Origin: Octopus sinensis | Lineage: Eukaryota | Direction: 5' to 3' | Assembly (NCBI RefSeq): GCF_006345805.1 | Contig: NW_021834890.1 | Coordinates: 1 to 42,209 of the forward strand | DNA length: 42,209 nt | Shown here: one piece after another, positions 11,833 to 24,497 of the stretch | Position numbering within the stretch: the stretch's first letter is position 1 | Layout: each line of letters starts with the position of its first letter | The notes under the pieces: model-generated | Database searches by the model: none | Seen by the model: the letters and a program-made list of their open reading frames with translations, nothing else | Told to the model about the DNA's origin: nothing | Position numbers and translations under genes: made by a program

Positions 11833-12056
11833 AGTGGTCAACGGTGTTTGTCCGTGGACCACAATGAGAAGCTGAAGTGTAAATATGGCCTCAGTTTTTT
11901 CAAACATGGTCTTTACTGACAAGTTTTGTGGCCTATATTCTTCCTTTTCTACACACACACACACACACTTGCCTCCGACACTGAATGATTATACTTAAGA
12001 TAAAAATTTAACAAGGACGACAAACAAAATTTGGCAATTTCGCTGTTGAAATTTCG

Positions 12057-12117
12057 TGACTCAAATGCGACTCCTTTCGCAAATGCATGCCTCAAAGTGT
12101 CACGTTACCATGGCAAC
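12057..12117. promoter_or_regulatory. Candidate cis-regulatory site: AP-1 motif and palindromic RFX X-box
   Basis: TGACTCA at 12057-12063 and GTTACCATGGCAAC at 12104-12117, in apparently non-repetitive sequence. Motif match only. Confidence 0.35.
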
Positions 12118-12691
12118 AAAGCAACACTGCAAACAAAAATAGTCACATCTAACATGTTCTACAAAAGTTCAGATTATATAGGACACACAGACAGAAGCAC
12201 ACACACACAATTGTTTGGGCAGTTGCTTTTTTTTTAGACTTTGGTCAGTACTAAACAAGCAAACCTATGATCAAACGTGTTCCGGCCATGATATAGTGTC
12301 TCCTATTCAGACGACACTGTGTACCTTGGACTACAGCAACAAATGTAATACCTCGACTATTCAGTCACAGCATCATTTAATGCCTAGTTCCCATGGGTTG
12401 GTCAGTTATAAAGGGGCCTGATGACTCAGGGGACAGCTTCAATGTCTAATCCGGTAAGATTGCTGTAGCTCAGGGTCTCTCAACCATTTTTTCTCTATGG
12501 GCCCCTCTGATTATTATTTTATTCTAGTGGACCCCAGTTGAGAACCACTGGGTTAAAGCATGAAAAAAGGGGCCATAACAGGTTTCTTACTGTACAGGAG
12601 ATACACGATTACTCACATTATAGAAGAAAGCGGGGCAGTGACCAGGATGGAACTAGAAAGGAATAAAAATAATGATGATGCTACTCAACAT

Positions 12692-12955
12692 GGTGGAGGT
12701 GCAATGGCCCAGTGGTTAGGGCAGCGGACTCGAGGCCGGAGGATCGCGGTTTCAATTCCTAGACTGGGCGTTGTGTGTGTTTATTGAGCGAAAACACCTA
12801 AAACTCCACGAGGCTCCAGCAGGGGGTGGTGGTGACCCCTGTTGTACTCTTTCATCCCAACTTTCTCTCACTCTCTCTTCCTGTTTCTTGAGTAACGCTG
12901 TGATGGACTGGCGTCCCATCCAGCTGGGTGGAACACATACGCCACAGAAACCAGC
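12692..12955 (+). mobile_element. tRNA-derived SINE family C
   Basis: TGGCCCAGTGGTTAGGGCAGCGGAC…GGTTTCAATTCC head (A/B boxes), body ending GATGGACTGGCGTCCCATCCAG. A related fragment lies on - at 22623-22810. Confidence 0.75.
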
Positions 12956-13144
12956 TGTAGAAACCATGCCACAACGGACAATTGGAGCTGGTGGCACGTA
13001 AAAAAACACCCACTACACTCTCGGAGTGGTTCGCGTTAGGAAGGGCATCCAGCTTTAGAAACTCTTTAGGTGACATATTTCAGCCCACCAGAAGTGAATA
13101 TGAGGAAAGTAAAATAGGGATTTTGAAAGAAGTTTCTATAAAAG

Positions 13145-13785
13145 ATTTTTTGTGAAGTCTAGTACTTATTTTATTGGTCTCTTTTTGCTGGACTGCTAAG
13201 TAATGGGGACATAAACACACCAACACTGGTTGTCAAGCGGTGAGGATAGGAAACAAACAAACAAACACATGATGAGCTTCTTTCAGTTTCCGTCTAATAA
13301 ATCCACTCACAAGGCTTTGGTCGGCCCGAGGCTATAATAGAAAACACTTGCCCAAGGTGCCACGCAGTGGGACTGAACCCGGAACCATGTAGTTGGGAAG
13401 CAAGCTACTCACTACACAGCCACACCTTGTCTATGGGTTTGTTTTAGTTCCTGACTACCAAATCTACTCAAAGAATTGGTTGTACAGGAACTATAGAAGA
13501 CAACACTTGCCCAAGATGTTGTTTGGTGGAACTGAACCCAAGACCACATGGTTGGGAAGCAAGCATCTTGGCTACATGGTCTGCACCTGTACTCTTTTAC
13601 TTATTACAGTCATTTGACTGCGGTCATGCTGGAGCACCGCCTTTAATCGAGCAACTCGACCCTGGGACTTATTCTTTTGTAAGCCCAGTACTTATTCTAT
13701 CGGTCTCTTTTGCCGAACGTAAACACACCAGCATCGGTTGTCAAGCAAATCTAGGGGGACAAACACAGATACACAAACACACACA

Positions 13786-13830
<45 letters not shown>

Positions 13831-13999
13831 TATAACAACAGGCTTCTTTCAGTTTCCGTCTACCAAATCCACTCACAAGGCTTTGGTCGGCCCGAGGCTA
13901 TAGTAGAAGACACATGCCAAAGGTGCCACGCAGTGGGACTGAACCTGGAACCATGTGGTTGGTAAACAAGCTACTTACCACACAGCCACTCCTGCGCCT
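13145..13999 (-). mobile_element. Cluster of three tandem SINE family A copies
   Basis: Approximately 13145-13425, 13440-13590 (degenerate) and 13593-13999 (near full length, head AGGCGCAGG at 13999). Confidence 0.8.
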
Positions 14000-15150
14000 A
14001 TGTAGAGAGCATTTTTTTAAAGAGAAGGTTAGGTGATATCACTGCCGCCCTCAGTGCATGACTGGCACTATAGATTTTCGGCCCCTAGAGGGATGAAAGA
14101 TAAAGTTTACCCCAGCAGATTTTGATCACGAACTAAAAAGCGAAAATTTCATAATCGTTTCTAAGTAAGGTACAAACCTGCAATTTTAGGGAGCGGGGCA
14201 GTAAGGCGATTACATGTATCCCAGGACCCAACTTTAGGTGTTTTCGCTAAATAAACACACACAACACCCAGTCTAGGAAGGGATAAAAGATAAGATCGAC
14301 TTCCGTTTGTAAAAAAACTCCGAAGAAATGTCACCATACACCAAGCACTTTGCCCCGTTCGCTAACGATTTTGCCGGCTCGCCGAATAATAATTATTTCT
14401 TCTGAAGACACAAGGCCTGAAATTTTGCGAAGAAGAGTTAACCGATTCCACTGATACCAACATTCAACTGGTAGTTTATTTTATCGTTCCCAGAAAGAAT
14501 GAAAGGTGAAATCGACGTCGACGGAATTTGAACTGTTAACGCAGAGGACCGGAAGAAACGTAGCTAAGTATCCGGCCAGGTTACCAACAAATGACTGTTA
14601 CGTCTGAAATTGAGGTGAAAACTCAGTCTTTTTCACAGAATTACACAAGGTCAATTATTACATACACACACTCATACGTACATAATGTATATATGTATAC
14701 AATAAATTACATCTGTACAGGCAAATAATACCAGAAGATTTTATACATTTATATATATACATAAGAGATATATATATAATCGTTTATGAAGGGCGACAGT
14801 GTGAACGTTTATAAATCAAAAAGACCACGTTTGAATATATATATATATATATTATATATATATATAATATATCTATATATATAATACTCGCAAAACTTAA
14901 GACATATTGTTTTAAAAGAAAACACACCCATTTACGTATACAGTAAAAGAACAATGAAATCAACAAGCGATATATAAATCATATATATATACAAGTCCAA
15001 CACATTAATATAAATATATATTATATATACACACACATTTTTAACACATTTACACAATACAAAAACTGACAATAACCTCTTCAATATACTGTAAAAGCAT
15101 ACGTTTCATGCATATTCCCAACCATTTATGTTATAAACACACGTCTGTCT

Positions 15151-15268
<118 letters not shown>

Positions 15269-15277
15269 GTATGTATG

Positions 15278-15308
<31 letters not shown>

Positions 15309-15789
15309 GCACATACACACAGATGCGTGTGAACAGGTTCGGCTCGACTAGTTTAAGCACATTATACATCCGTACAAGAGAAACGCAGATGTATAAAACG
15401 TTGGAATGGTCCCGATTAGAGCGCCCTTTGATCATGCCTCGGCCCAACCGGGGGGGGGGGCTGACCTGGGGCTACACAACGAAACAAGGCACTATTTACT
15501 ATTTACATACATTATACATACCCTCAGTCATACATAGAAATAGGTACGCATATAAACACACACACGCGCAAGATTCTCTCTCACACGGGACTGCGAAAGT
15601 TTACATCGGGCACCGAGGTACGGAAGAAGGAAAGCAATTAAAAGTCCAATTAAACTTTAATTGTCGTTAAATCTGGATTCGTTGGGGGGACATCACAAGG
15701 AAGATGTTGATGTTAATTTTAGAAGAACAATAAAATGAATGTCGGGTGAGGGTAAATGAAATTTGAAAAACGAAAATTGAATAGAATGT

Positions 15790-17125
15790 GTGTGTGTGTG
15801 TGTGTGTAACTATGTGTACATATACGAGAATATGTCTATATACGAGTGTACATATATAATATATATTATGTATGACTGTACACTTACGTGTATGTATATA
15901 CTTATATATATATCAGTGTGTTTGTATATACATGTGTCTACTTATACATTATATACATATGACTACATTTACGTGTGTGTACATGTGTGTATATAACAGT
16001 GTGTTTGTATATACATCAGTGTGTGTGTGTGTGCTTATATATATATATCTATGACGGTACATTTATGTGTGTGTGTATATATATATATATATCAGTGTGT
16101 TTGTATATACATCAGTGTGTGTGTGTGCATATATATATATATATATGACTGTACATTTACATGTATATATATATATATATATTGTATATCAGTGTATACA
16201 TATGTGTATATAACAGTGTATATACATCAGTGTGTGTGTGTGCTTATTATATATATATATCTATCTGATTGTACATTTACGTGTGTATATAATATATGTG
16301 CGCGTATAAGTGTGTGTATGTATACGATCGTGTATATGTGGGTGTGAAGTGTGTGGGTGTATATATATATGTGTCTGTGTACTATTGTTTGTATGTCTAA
16401 GTGTAGGAGTTGTATAATGTGTATAATACAAATACAAAGAAAAAAAAAACGAAGAGGTGTAGAGATTGATATATAAGTGTTAAGAAGATTGTTGATATGT
16501 CTAAAGACTTGAATAAAACAGAGATGGAAAGACTCTGGTGGAAGACGAGAGATTCAAAGTGAGAGAAACTGGGAAGAAAAACTGATTGAAAGACCGAGGA
16601 AGTCATATTCAAAAGACAGAAGGAAAGAGCAAAAAGGAACATCGCCCTATCCGGGGACGAGACGGACATGGGAGACTCTATCGAGCTTGTCCCAGGTAGA
16701 GTGAAAACGAAGGACTGTGTGTATATAGATATACATACACACACATACTAAGGTGTACATATATATATATGTACGCGCAAATCAGGGTTCAAGGTGTATG
16801 TATATATATATATATATATCTGTGTACATATTTATGTGTAGGTATATATACTTATCTACATATTATACACACTTGTCTGTATGTGTATGTATATATATAT
16901 ATATAAACTGTGTACATATATATAATCTATATATTATATACACTTGTCTGTATGTATATCTATATATATATAAACTGTGTACATGTTTATGTGTACGTAT
17001 ATATACTTATCTAGATATTATACACACTTGTCTATATGTGTATATATATATATAAACTGTGTACGTATATATACTTATCTACATATTATACACACTTGTC
17101 AGTATGTATATACATATATACATAC
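15790..17125. repeat. Degenerate (TA)n/(TG)n low-complexity region surrounding a unique island (~16400-16715)
   Basis: Directly visible. Confidence 0.85.
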
Positions 17126-17581
17126 ATGTATAACATATTTAAAACCTCTGGTATGAACACAAAACATCAACAGATAGAAAGAACAAATTATGAACATCAA
17201 TTATAATTAACATTATAATTTTTTTTTTTTAAATCACAATTATAGTTAACAACACTGATTAATTAATCATTATCATCGTTAATTACTTACCTTCTAGAAA
17301 TCATAATTCGGGTGGAAAGAGGTGTTTTTTTTTTTAGGTGTTTTTCAGCTGTTTTTGTTACCTTAACTTATTAACAAATAACAACAACAACAACACTGAT
17401 AATAATAATGATAATAATAACCGTAGTAATTAACAGTAATAATCACCGTAAGCTTCTATTATTAGGAATATCCGGATTAAAAGATATTTTACGTCAAATG
17501 CATAAAAGTGTGTGACATATTAAATTATAGACGAGCAGAGCAACAAGAAGAAATGTACATATGTATGTATATATATATATG

Positions 17582-17612
<31 letters not shown>

Positions 17613-17649
17613 ACGTGTGTAATCACGTCCTTAGTATTGTTGTTGTTGT

Positions 17650-18250
17650 TGGTTCGTTAATAATGCGTTACACAGTGCGCGCGTGTGAGGGCGTGAGCGC
17701 GCGCGCACCTTGTTCGTGTGTGTGTGTGTTAGCGTGTCTGTGTGTTAGCGTGTCTGTGTGTTAGCGTGTGTCTGTGTGTGCGTACGTACGTGGTTATGTA
17801 GATGTATGTAAATGAGACGAATAGAAAAAAACGTTAAACCCCCCTCACTCCGACCGCGCCTTCTCCTCCTCCTCCTCCTCCTCCTCGGCTCGTTCGCACG
17901 CGCGCACGCTCGCTCGCTAGTACGCCTCCTCTTCCTCCTGCTCCTCCTCCTCCTCCCCGTCAACAGAAGCCTGCTGCTGCTGCTGCTGCCGCTTGCTGCT
18001 GATGGATTCATCAGGAAGCGGAAGTCGAAGTCGACGACGACCACAACCACGACAACGACAACGACGAAGGCGAAGGCGAAACGAAAAAAAAAAAAAATTA
18101 AAATGAGGAGGAGGGGGAGAATGGGAGAAAAAAGGAGGAGGAGGAGCGGGAGAACGGGAGAAAGCAGACGAGGAGGGGAGGAGCGGGAGAATGGAAGGAG
18201 GAGGAGAGGAGAAGCAAGAGGGGTGAATGAATAGAAGCGCAACACGCAGT
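17650..18250. promoter_or_regulatory. CpG-rich, promoter-like island
   Basis: Dense CGCG runs in an otherwise CpG-poor window, tandem ETS-like GGAAGCGGAAGT near 18014-18025, and CCT/CTG triplet runs typical of 5' UTRs. Confidence 0.4.
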
Positions 18251-18549
18251 CACACACACACACACAGATAAGCACAGAAACACACACACACACGCACAGA
18301 AACACACACACAGACACATTCACTCCTAAAAGAGAGAGAGAGAGAGAAAGGAAGAATGAAGGTTGGCAATTTTCTTCCCAGGAACCAGCAAGCACGTGTC
18401 CAAGACGTCTGCTTTGGAAGTTCCCAGCCGTTTGCTCTCTGCCTTTCCTCATCAAAATGTCCTTCCGTTTCTTCCTCAATCCAACTTTTTTTCTGCTGGG
18501 GTTTGGCTTTCGTAAATTTCTGCAACCTATGCTACTCACCTTTTCACCT

Positions 18550-19010
18550 GCCGGATTAATAAACCGCCGTATTTTTACCTTGTTCTTTACGTTCTGAGTT
18601 CGAACCCAGCCGAAGTCTCACCTTTTGACCTGCTGGATTAATAAACCGCCGTATTTTTACCTTGTTCTTTACGTTCTGAGTTCGAACCCAGCCGAAGTCA
18701 ACTCTACCTTTCTGTTCGTCCGGGGTCGATAATAAACCGCGGTATTTTTACCTTGTTCTTTACGTTCTGAGTTCGAACCCAGCCGAAGTCAACTTTTGCC
18801 TTTCGTTCGTCCGGGGTCGATAATAAACCACCGTATTTTTACCTTGTTCTTTACGTTCTGAGTTCGAACCCAGTCGAAGTCAACTCTACCTTTTTTTCAA
18901 CCAGGGTCGATAATAAACCACCGTATTTTTACCTTGTTCTTTACGTTCTGAGTTCGAACCCAGCCGAAATCAACTCTACCTCTCGTTCATCCAGGGTCGA
19001 TAACATCGAC
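18550..19010 (+). repeat. Tandem array of five to six ~87-bp units derived from the SINE B core
   Basis: Unit AATAAACCGCCGTATTTTTACCTTGTTCTTTACGTTCTGAGTTCGAACCCAGCCGAAGTCAAC…GGGGTCGAT. Confidence 0.85.
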
Positions 19011-19367
19011 AATTCCCCCTCCACACTCACACAACATTCCTTTAAAATAACTGGCCTTGTTCGTAAATTAAAAATGATTATTTATTCACCTTAGGGCGGG
19101 GTGGGGGTCGTTATGACATCGGATAAGATACCTGTATTTGTTCTTTACGTTTCGAGTTCAAATCCGGGTAGTCAGTTTTCTCTTTCGCTCCTTCGGAATC
19201 GATGATACCATCGACTAACATCCATACGGACGCACTCCCTGGAAATTGCTGGTCTTTTTCCGCAAATCAAATATCATCATATATTTATCTTATGATGGTG
19301 GATCGTTACAGCATCGATGACAAAAGTTAACCTTGTGGTATAAACGAAAAGCGCGTGACCTTACGTA

Positions 19368-19890
19368 CAGGTGTGTGACTGTGTGGTACGAAGACTGCTT
19401 CCCAACCACAAGGCTGTGGGTTCAGTCCCACTGTGTGGCATCCGGAGAAGTAACCGTATTTTCTACTATAGGTTTGGGCTGACCAAAGCCTTTGTAGACC
19501 GTCGTGTGTCTGTGTATGTGTGTGTACTCTTTTACTCTTTACTCTTTTACTTGTTTCAGTCATTTGACTGCGGCCATGCTGGAGCACCGCCTTTTAGTAC
19601 TTATTCTATCGGTCTCTTTTTGCCGAACCGCTAAGTAACGGGGACATAAGCACACCAGCATCGGTTGTCAAGCAATGCTAGGGGGACAAACACAAACACA
19701 CACACATACATATATATACATATATACGACAGGCTTCTTTCAGTTTCCGTCTACCAAATCCACTCAGAAGGCATTGGTCGGCCCGGGGCTATAGCAGAGG
19801 ACACTTGCCCAAGATGCCACGCAGTGGGACTGAACCCGGAACCATGTGGTTGGTTAGCAAGCTACTTACCACACAGCCACTCCTGCGCCT
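19368..19890. mobile_element. Two SINE family A copies tail-to-tail
   Basis: Partial + copy at 19368-19520 and - copy at 19535-19890. Confidence 0.8.
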
Positions 19891-19987
19891 GTGTGCTCTC
19901 TTTTTATAATTTAAAATAAATTTTGCATGCGTGCATACGTACGTACGTAAGTATGTATTGTATGTCTTTTTCTTATTTATTTAATTT

Positions 19988-21778
19988 TTATATATAAAAG
20001 TGAAGTTGTGTGAGTGTCTGTCTCCTACGATTTAGATTCCTAACTACTCCCACATTTTGCAGTGCAGTTTAACCAAAACCGGGTATCTTATAGTCGTGAT
20101 TCATATCGAGCCCTTCTAGGTATTAGCGCGCGTCGACGATGAGTCTACGATTTTTAAAATAATTTACTATCATTTTTTTCCATTTTAATGCATTTTTTGC
20201 TATTATATAAGGGAAGTAACTCTCTAAAGATGTCTACGATGAGTCTACGATTTAAAAAAAAATTTACCATAATTTTTTTCCATTTTCAATGCATTTTTTT
20301 CGCTATTATATAAGGGAAGTAACTCTCTAAAAATGTCTACGATTTAAAAAATAATTTACTATCATTTTTTCCATTTTAATGCATTTTTTCGCTATTAATT
20401 AAGGGAAGTAACTCTCTAAAAATGTCTACGATGAGTCAACGATTTAAAAAAAAATTTACCATCATTTTTTCCATTTTCAATGCATTTTTTCCGCTATTAT
20501 TTAAGGGAAGTAACTCTCTAAAAATGTCTACGATGAGTCAACGATTTAAAAAAAATTTACCGTGATTTTTTTGCATTTTCAATGCATTTTTTTCGTAATT
20601 ATATAAGGGAAGTAACTCTCTAAAAATGTCTACGATGAGTCAACGATTTAAAAAAAAATTTACCAGCATTTTTTTCCATTTTCAATGCATTTTTTTCGCT
20701 ATTATTTAAGGGAAGTAACTCTCTAAAAATGTCTACGATGAGTCAACGATTTAAAAAAAAATTTACCATCATTTTTTCCATTTTCAATCCATTTTTTTCG
20801 CTATTATTTAAGGGAAGTAACTCTCTAAAAATGTCTACAATGAGTCTACGATTTAAAAAAAAATTTACCATCATTTTTTCCATTTTCAATGCATATTTTT
20901 CGCTATTATATAAGGGAAGTAACTCTCTAAAAATGTCTACGATTTTTAAAATAATTTACTATCATTTTTTCCATTTTAATGCATTTTTTCGCTATTAATT
21001 AAGGGAAGTAACTCTCTAAAAATGTCTACGATGAGTCAACGATTTAAAAAAAAATTTACTATCATTTTTTCCATTTTGAATGCATTTTTTCCGCTATTAT
21101 TTAAGGGAAGTAACTCTCTAAAAATGTCTACGATGAGTCAACGATTTAAAAAAAAATTTACCATCATTTTTTCCATTTTCAATGCATTTTTTCCGCTATT
21201 ATTTAAGGGAAGTAACTCTCTAAAAATGTCTACGATGAGTCAACGATTTAAAAAAAAATTTACCATCATTTTTTTCCATTTTCAATCCATTTTTTTCGCT
21301 ATTATTTAAGGGAAGTAACTCTCTAAAAATGTCTACAATGAGTCTACGATTTAAAAAAAAATTTACCATCATTTTTTTCCATTTTCAATGCATTTTTTTC
21401 GCTATTATATAAGGGAAGTAACTCTCTAAAAATGTCTACGATTTTTAAAATAATTTACTATCATTTTTTCCATTTTAATGCATTTTTTCGCTATTAATTA
21501 AGGGAAGTAACTCTCTAAAAATGTCTACGATGAGTCAACGATTTAAAAAAAAATTTACCATCATTTTTTTTCCATTTTCAATGCATTTTTTTCGCTATTA
21601 TTTAAGGGAAGTAACTCTCTAAAAATGTCTACAATGAGTCAACGATTTAAAAAAAAATAAACCATTTTTTTTCCATTTTCAATGCATTTTTTTGCTATTT
21701 TTTTGGCTATAACTCTCTAAAAATGCTTATATAGTTATTTCCCTTACACACCCGAGCAACGCCGGGCGATACTGCTAG
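19988..21778 (+). mobile_element. Non-autonomous Helitron containing a ~102-bp tandem array
   Basis: 3' hairpin CCCGAGCAACGCCGGG (21751-21766) followed by terminal CTAG|T (21775-21779). 5' end TATATATAAAAG resembles Helitron 5' ends but the TC is not intact. About 16 internal repeats lie at 20135-21725. Confidence 0.8.
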
Positions 21779-22084
21779 TTTAGAACAAATTTTGAATGGT
21801 CACCGACTTAGCACGTTTGGGAAAGTAAATATCATCCCTTAAACCTTACGGTCTTGCGGAGTTTTTATAGTCCCTGATACCATGTCCCTTTGCATGTATG
21901 TATGTGTGTATGTCGTTATTCAGTTTATCTCAAGATTTCTTGCCAATAGAGAAAGAGCTGGTTTCTAACCTAAATCCAAGGTCCCTTCATTGGAATTTCA
22001 ACATCAACAACAGGGTATTTTTGTTTGTATGTATGTATATGTGTAGATTTGTATGTTTTATGTATGTACTCTCATGCATATAGT

Positions 22085-22290
22085 TGCATATCTATATGCT
22101 CATATATATTTTAATAATAAACTTCTGGAAAGTTTTACAGATTTTTACAGTTCCAGTGATGGATTGGATCTGTAATCTTTGAATTAGCTTTCTCCTTTCT
22201 GGTTTTGTGAAGCCTAATTTCTCAAGATTGGTATTTAGGCAGTGTGTTACATATCTCAGGGTCCAGATAATTACAGGTATAAACCTGAAC
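22085..22290 (-). mobile_element. 3' end of a restriction-like-endonuclease (R4/Dong-like) non-LTR element
   Basis: FRFIPVIIWTLRYVTHCLNTNLEKLGF…LIQRLQIQSITGTVKICKTF resembles the C-terminal P-V-I-I-G-A-L-G…LQ…GT..I motif of RLE-type ORFs. Confidence 0.55.
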
Positions 22291-22622
22291 ATGTATGTAT
22301 GTACGTGTCTTTTTTTTCCCCCCACTCCACTGCTTGACAACCAGGGTCGATAAAATAAGTACCTAGTCATGTACTGAGGTCAATGTAATGGACATTCCCC
22401 TCCCCTTAAAATTGTAGGCCCTATGACTAAGTCAGCAACAATCATAGTTTTTTGCTATTTACATTCTGAGTTCAAAACCTGCTGAGGCTCAAGCTTGCCT
22501 TTCATCCTTCTAGGGTCAATAAAATAAAGTACCAGTCATATATTAGGGTTAATAGTATTGCGTACTCTCCTCTCTTCAAGTATTCTGTCTTTGTACCTAT
22601 ATTTTTGTTGTCTGTCCTTTCT

Positions 22623-22810
22623 CAAGCTACGCCTGGCCCATAAGGGCCGGTTTCCCGGTTTCCTTGGCATATAGGTTCCCCACCTGGATAGGACGCCGGT
22701 CCCGTCGCAGGTGAGCTGCAAGATGCAGGAGGAAAGAGTCAGCAGAAGTTCGCCATTACCTTCTGCTGGGGGTCCCTGGAGTTTAGGTGTTTCGCTCATA
22801 AACACACACA
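22623..22810 (-). mobile_element. SINE family C 3' fragment
   Basis: Reverse complement similar to 12770-12950. Confidence 0.65.
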
Positions 22811-22839
22811 TGCCTATATATGTGTGTGTGTGTTTGTGA

Positions 22840-23162
22840 AGACATTTGGCTTAGTGGTTAGGGGCATTCGGCTTATGATCGTAAAGTCGTGAGTTCAATT
22901 CCCGTCGACGTGTTGTGTCCTTGAGCAAGACACTTTATTTCACTTTATTGCACCAGTCCGCTCAGCTGGCAAAATCGAATTGTACCTTTAATTGAAAGGG
23001 GCCAGCCTTGTCACACTCTGTATCACGCTAAATCTCCCTGAGAAGTACGTTAAGGGTACACGTGTCTGTGGAGTACTCAGCCACTTGCACATTAATTTTA
23101 CGAGCAGGCTCCACTGTTGATTGTATCTGCTGGGACCCTTGTCATCATAACCGACGGAGTGC
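22840..23162 (+). mobile_element. tRNA-derived SINE with CORE-like segment (family D)
   Basis: TGGCTTAGTGGTTAGG…GAGTTCAATTCCC head, then GTGTCCTTGAGCAAGACACTTTATT. Confidence 0.75.
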
Positions 23163-23174
23163 TATATATATATA

Positions 23175-23224
<50 letters not shown>

Positions 23225-23228
23225 ATAT

Positions 23229-23657
23229 ATCATCATCATCATCATCATCATTTAACGTCCGCTTTCCATGCTAGCATGGGTTGGACGGTTCAACTGGGTC
23301 TGGAGAGCCCAAAGGCTGCACCAGGCCAGTCAGATCTGGCAGTGTTTCTACAGCTGGATGCCCTTCCTAACGCCAACCACTCCGAGAGTGTAGTGGGTGA
23401 TTTTATGTGCCACCGACACAGGTGCCAGACGAGGCTGGCGAACGGCCACGCTCGGATGGTGTTTTTTTTGTGCCACCGACACAGGTGCCAGACAAGGCTG
23501 GCAGACGGCCACGCTCGGATGGTGTTTTTATTTGTGCCACCGACACAGGTGCCAGACGTGGCTGGCAGACAGCCACGCGCGGATGGTGTTTTTATGTGCC
23601 ACCGACACAGGTGCCTGATGAGGCTGGCGAACGGTCACGATCGGATGGTGTTTGTTA
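23229..23657 (-). mobile_element. RTE LINE 3' UTR with four ~62-bp internal repeats
   Basis: (CAT)n tail plus reverse complement of the RTE 3' UTR. Confidence 0.8.
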
Positions 23658-23699
23658 CATATATATATATACATATATATATATATTACATATATATAT

Positions 23700-24080
23700 A
23701 CTCTTTACTCTTTTACTTGTTTCAGTCATTTGACTGCGGCCATGCTGGAGCACCGCCTTTAATCGAGCAAATCGACCCCGGGACTTATTCTTTTGTAAGC
23801 CCAGTACTTATTCTATCGGTCTCTTTTGCCGAACTGCTAAGTGACGGGGACATAAACACACCAGCATCAGTTGTCAAGCAATGCTAGGGCGACAAACACA
23901 CACACATACATATACATGTATATATATATATACATATATACGACGGGCTTCTTTTAGTTTCCATCTACCAAATCCACTCACAAGGCTTTGGTCGGCCCGA
24001 GGCTATAGTAGAAGACACTTGCCCAAAGTGCCATGCAGTGGGACTGAACCCGGAACCAGGTGGTTGGTAAACAAGCTACT
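23700..24080 (-). mobile_element. SINE family A
   Basis: Near-identical to 8013-8439, head slightly truncated by (TA)n. Confidence 0.85.
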
Positions 24081-24150
24081 ATATATATATATTTGTAAAA
24101 AAGAAGTTTGAAAACGCCACTATATTACATAAATTTTAATTTTCTTATGA

Positions 24151-24195
24151 ATTTTACATGTTTCGGTTCTTGAAAAAACGAACCTTATCAAAAAT
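24151..24195 (-). ncRNA. Minimal hammerhead, U3-A8 core variant, in a probable PLE relic (~24100-24495)
   Basis: AUUU-UUGAUAA-GGUUC-GUUUUUUCAA-GAACC-GAAA-C-AU-GUA-AAAU: stem I AUUU/AAAU, stem II GGUUC/GAACC, palindromic stem III ACAUGU, GUA triplet. Confidence 0.7.
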
Positions 24196-24497
24196 ATTAT
24201 AAAGAGTGCAATAGAAAAGTTCATAATCGTCTCTTACTGGTCTCAATAGAATCCATGTGGTGGTGTTTTGTCGGTAGTTGGTATAATCGCTATATTCCTG
24301 TTGAGTGTAGTGAAGAGGTTCATTATTGTTTCTTGCTGGTATCAAAAGGAACCGCATTTTTGTTTCCCTGTGTTCCAATGGTAGCAACAGTAGTGATTGT
24401 TGGTCGTAGTAGTAGTAACCTGTGGCTGTCCTAGCAGCAGTTACTGTTGGTCGTAATTTTGGCAACCTTGGTGGTGGTTGGGGTTGTAGCAGTTAAG

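Noticed and set aside
12471-12550. Tiny hAT/Charlie-like MITE (CAGGGTCTCTCAAC…GTTGAGAACCACTG)
   Set aside because: TIR-like ends are imperfect and no 8-bp TSD is evident; too weak to call.
16397-16744. 115-aa hydrophobic minus-strand ORF
   Set aside because: Hydrophobicity reflects a pyrimidine-rich strand; splicing from the 17291 donor to the nearest CAG gives an early stop.
17745-18539. 264-aa and 140-aa ORFs across the CpG-rich region
   Set aside because: Low-complexity homopolymer runs with no recognisable domain.
18534-18545. Minus-strand splice donor AAG|GTGAGT
   Set aside because: Falls within the degenerate first unit of the SINE-derived array.
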